A stretch of 64,000 nt of DNA from IMG/VR virus record IMGVR_UViG_3300044712_000991, positions 130,279 to 194,278 of that record, one strand, 5' to 3'. Shown piece after piece: positions 60,832 to 64,000 of the stretch (within the stretch, counting starts at the first letter, position 1; each line of letters opens with the position of its first letter). Both the position numbers and the translations under genes were made by a program. The notes under the pieces were generated by a model, which saw nothing but the letters and a program-made list of their open reading frames with translations, searched no databases and was not told where the DNA came from. The stretch is from a virus.

Positions 60832-61938
60832 TTAATGATTGATTTCGTACACATACACTTCTTCTGTGGAACCCCTCGTGATCCGTAGTGCCCTCAAGAC
60901 CTCCTTGGGCAAATCAAGGACCCGCAGGTAGTAGTCACCTAGACGGTGCTCATGCCCATCGTAGAAGGCGAGGAAGTGCCCCCGACCATCTACATTGATG
61001 GCCTGCTCCACGAACCTCCGCTTGTCCCTCACCCACGCACGAATAATGGGGTTCGCATCTTCCGCACGCCCCTTAATGGCCTCCAACGTATCTTCATCGA
61101 CCGAGCGTGGCATGTACGGCAGGAGAAAGCCCGTGTTGAACGCCCAGAGGGAGTCCATGATAGCCACGTACGCCGCTTTGTCTGCCATCTTGTCCGTCGC
61201 GAGCGCCACCTCCCACCCATCGAACTTGACCATCGGGAGCCCAAAATGAGAGTACCCGAGAAGTTCAATCGTTGAGGGTGCATTGGGCGAGCGCTCCCCC
61301 TCATCGATCGTGAGCGCCTCAGCCGTACGCGTGAGTACATGCTCAAAACTAAGTCCGCTACGTGACCTGGGCGAGGTCTTCTCCGGATCGAGCGACAGGT
61401 TGTACGTCGTACGCGACTTAGAGCCCGAGGGTGCATCTGTGGCAGGTCGGCCACCCTTCTGAGGCACATACTTGTACGGCACCTGTGTATCGAATCCAGA
61501 GTGAAAACCCGACATATCGGGTGTCCCGAGAAGTTTGCGCTCCAAATCCCTGGGATTGCCCTCGAACCACATGGTCTCTCCCAACAACTGATACGTCTCG
61601 GGGTTGTGCTCCAGGACCATCAACTCCACGGGGGGTTTATCCTGCAAGGTGTTCAGGTATGCCCGAAGCACATGTAGTGCATCCCTCCCCGGTCCACCCA
61701 TGGCCGTGCCCTCCACCTGAATGGTCTGCCCATTCACATAGAGATACCCGTGGGAGATGAACACATCCTCGGGCGTGGCATCGAACTCCCTGGAGAACTC
61801 CACGGGGGTCATCTTGAACAACTGCTGGAACAGGAGCGCCCTCCGTGCGAAAGGGATGCGCTCCCCCCGAGGAGAGACGAGCATGTCACCCGCACTTACC
61901 GCCCATATGGCCGCCCGTATGGAATCGAATCCGAACAT
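60832..61938 (-). CDS. Two-module protein with TAEAL linker
   Basis: ATG at 61938 right after the upstream stop; C-module ends DGRGHFLAFYDGHE. Confidence 0.75.
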   Translation of the reverse strand: MFGFDSIRAAIWAVSAGDMLVSPRGERIPFARRALLFQQLFKMTPVEFSREFDATPEDVFISHGYLYVNGQTIQVEGTAMGGPGRDALHVLRAYLNTLQDKPPVELMVLEHNPETYQLLGETMWFEGNPRDLERKLLGTPDMSGFHSGFDTQVPYKYVPQKGGRPATDAPSGSKSRTTYNLSLDPEKTSPRSRSGLSFEHVLTRTAEALTIDEGERSPNAPSTIELLGYSHFGLPMVKFDGWEVALATDKMADKAAYVAIMDSLWAFNTGFLLPYMPRSVDEDTLEAIKGRAEDANPIIRAWVRDKRRFVEQAINVDGRGHFLAFYDGHEHRLGDYYLRVLDLPKEVLRALRITRGSTEEVYVYEINH

Positions 61939-61939
61939 C

Positions 61940-62467
61940 CTACTGCGCTCCTTCTTGTTCTTCGTGCACGATGTACGCGTAGATGGTGGTGTCCATATCC
62001 TCCCGCCGTAGTCCGAGCGCATCGAGAATGTCCTGGGACAGTTCCATCCTCGACATCCCGAGGTCTTCCAATGTGTACTCCTCACCATCCCACGTGGAGA
62101 GGTATGTCCCCCGACCATCCACCTGCACGCACGCGGCAATAAACTCATCCTTGTAGGACACCATGCGCCACGCCGCCTGCCAGTCGTGGGCGAGAGCCCA
62201 CTGAATCTCCGTATCACCATAGTGATCGGTCACGAACGGTCGGAGAAACTCCCACTGGAAACTACCGCTCGCCAGCGCATCCCGTACCGCGTCGGGTAGC
62301 GCACGCTTCACAAGTTCCTCGGTACCGAGGGCGTACTCATCTTCCCCCACGCGTATCATGGGGAGCACATCAAAGTACTTCCTGCGCAGGAGAGTCGGCT
62401 GGCGACTCACGTACTCCAGACCCTCACCCACGCTCTGTATGCTACTGAAGGTCAGGCTGTCCATCAC
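61940..62467 (-). CDS. Paralog of the C-module of 60832-61938, with N-terminal SVGEGL linker
   Basis: DGRGTYLSTWDGEE; GGAGG SD region; ATGA overlap. Confidence 0.75.
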   Translation of the reverse strand: MMDSLTFSSIQSVGEGLEYVSRQPTLLRRKYFDVLPMIRVGEDEYALGTEELVKRALPDAVRDALASGSFQWEFLRPFVTDHYGDTEIQWALAHDWQAAWRMVSYKDEFIAACVQVDGRGTYLSTWDGEEYTLEDLGMSRMELSQDILDALGLRREDMDTTIYAYIVHEEQEGAQ

Positions 62468-63210
62468 GCACTCACCTCGGTCAAGCGCTGTAGGAAGGCC
62501 GAGAAGTTGAACCCAGGATGGAGGTCGCTCTTGTCCTGCCTGACCTGCGCGTGGTGCACGATACCCTTGAAGTCCACCACCTTCGGTTGATAGGCAAACA
62601 TGTCGAACTCGGGGACTGCCATGGGGATGTGGAAGTCCTCACACAACTGCCTCACAAGTTGCACCAGGGCCGTGACCTGCTGTTCATCGTACTGATCGAA
62701 GTACGAGTATCCCCGATAGGGTGTACTGAGGGCAATAAATTTCGCAATGTCTGTCATCGGGTATAGTTTGCGTGCGTTCGAGAACCACTTCGAGGGTGGT
62801 CTGTTCTTCGGATCGGCATCGATATCGAACGCGTACAACCACTGGGGATCGAACGGTGCGGTACATCCGTGTATCGTGCGCAAGGTGTTCAACTCCGCAC
62901 CCGAGCGGAGAGCCCCCTCGGATGCCAACTCTATCCCGATGGACTGCATGTTCGCCCTACGGTTGTTCGCCGTGGTGAGTCCCAAGTGAAAGGCCCAGAA
63001 ATGCGGGTCGAACACCTCGTACGTGTCTCCATTGCGGTCGATGAGGAACGCCGTGGCCACCCTGTCCGCCGACTGCTGCCAGTAGTCGAAGGTGCTCTTG
63101 ACACTTCCGCCCACCGTGTGGTGCAGTACAATCTGCGTCTTCGGCACCACATCATGCATGTACTGCTCGGTGGTCAGCCGGAGATGCCTCAGTATGGTCG
63201 GAGCTTCCAT
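62464..63210 (-). CDS. N-acetylmuramoyl-L-alanine amidase (Amidase_2-type endolysin-like)
   Basis: IVLHHTVG, FLIDRNG, WAFHLG, SIGIEL, GIVHHAQV...DKSD. Confidence 0.88.
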   Translation of the reverse strand: MEAPTILRHLRLTTEQYMHDVVPKTQIVLHHTVGGSVKSTFDYWQQSADRVATAFLIDRNGDTYEVFDPHFWAFHLGLTTANNRRANMQSIGIELASEGALRSGAELNTLRTIHGCTAPFDPQWLYAFDIDADPKNRPPSKWFSNARKLYPMTDIAKFIALSTPYRGYSYFDQYDEQQVTALVQLVRQLCEDFHIPMAVPEFDMFAYQPKVVDFKGIVHHAQVRQDKSDLHPGFNFSAFLQRLTEVSA

Positions 63211-63220
63211 AGGGGAGTCC

Positions 63221-64000
63221 TTAGTACTGGTTGTCATCGGAGTCGAATGTGTTGTAGTCCACGAGGAGCTCTTCCCCTGGGAGGACATCCCGCGTAGTAC
63301 GGTAGTCCGATCCATCGGGGGTCTCCACATTCGGAGAGGTCGCTGAGTGATTGATGTACCAGATGATGCTCATGTGGTTGAAGTCCTTGGGGACTACAAT
63401 CGCAGACCGACCTTCGAGAACAACCCCAAAGGTGTGGTACAACCGCTGCTGATCGGGGGGAAGCGCCTTGACCTTATGCAGGGGCACCACGAGGTCTTCC
63501 TCGGGGCGCGTGCGATAGATGGTCGTACCCGCCTTGATGGGGCGGTAGGCAAACAGTCCAACCCCTCCGAGAGGAGAGGGTGCGACGTGCATGAAGTTCT
63601 GGTCGTGGGGCATCCCCTGCTGTTCATCGTGCACACCCGTACCTGGCTGCACAACACGGTCTAGCCGACCACGGGGATCGAACAACGAGGGCGTAGGTGC
63701 GGACGAAGAGGAGGCTGCCCGCTCTATCGCCTGAAGCTTGTCATAGTAGCGACCATCCTCAGTCAGGTGATCCTTCGTTATCTCCTTCGCCACCTGCGGA
63801 TTGGTCGAGTGCTCACGTTCTACGCCCATGCCTTTCTTGAGCGCCGCGGGGTTGAACTTACTGTCGGGTATGTTGTCCGCCAGTCCCCCGGGAAGGATAT
63901 CCGCACCGAGCGTGCTGTCGGCAAGTACAGCCCTCCAACCCCCACCCTGCGCGGTATACTTCTCCGTGCTGTGCGTGTTCGAAGGCGTGCCCACCATGTC
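63221..64000 (-). CDS. DUF5661-like domain fused to a SET domain; probably 5'-truncated by the window edge
   Basis: LKKGMGVEREHSTNPQVAKEITKDHLTEDGRYYDKL; SPLGGVGLFA...YINHS...PNV...GEELLVDY. Confidence 0.8.
   Translation of the reverse strand, partial: DMVGTPSNTHSTEKYTAQGGGWRAVLADSTLGADILPGGLADNIPDSKFNPAALKKGMGVEREHSTNPQVAKEITKDHLTEDGRYYDKLQAIERAASSSSAPTPSLFDPRGRLDRVVQPGTGVHDEQQGMPHDQNFMHVAPSPLGGVGLFAYRPIKAGTTIYRTRPEEDLVVPLHKVKALPPDQQRLYHTFGVVLEGRSAIVVPKDFNHMSIIWYINHSATSPNVETPDGSDYRTTRDVLPGEELLVDYNTFDSDDNQY

Noticed and set aside
1-64000. Stop-codon reassignment
   Set aside because: Genes of up to 4385 codons are open in code 11, and TAG/TGA stops abut or overlap downstream starts.

Overview
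This window is a 64 kb fragment of a large, GC-rich tailed phage genome (code 11, Shine-Dalgarno starts). Every credible gene lies on the minus strand, and the long plus-strand ORFs are antisense shadows. There are three blocks. (1) 1-2.7 kb holds late-type genes: a beta-helix protein, an Ig-like protein and a small membrane protein. (2) 2.8-31.2 kb is an early/accessory block driven by about 14 near-consensus sigma70 promoters (TTGACT-N17-TATATT). It contains an exonuclease, a Pif1 helicase, a metallophosphoesterase, a T9SS-type secreted protein, four C5 DNA methyltransferases (one with a nested alternative-frame subunit), Lar-like and MazG-like proteins, 3 tRNAs and two candidate structured ncRNAs. 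(3) 31.2-64 kb holds giant modular ORFs (1077, ~1184, ~2495 and 4385 aa). They are punctuated about every 100-150 aa by a recurring [T/Q/V/F]-[A/S]-E-[G/A]-L linker, which suggests protease-processed virion polyproteins carrying Fic/Doc, HDAC, pyrophosphatase, papain-like and many small domains. An amidase and a DUF5661-like/SET protein follow. The top candidates are a RAMP/Cas7-like gene (5545-6144) next to a non-coding 5-unit array of GGH-NN pentamers (6331-6732), a putative RNA-guided system, and the linker-punctuated polyprotein cargo system. All family assignments come from motif recognition by eye; no searches were run.
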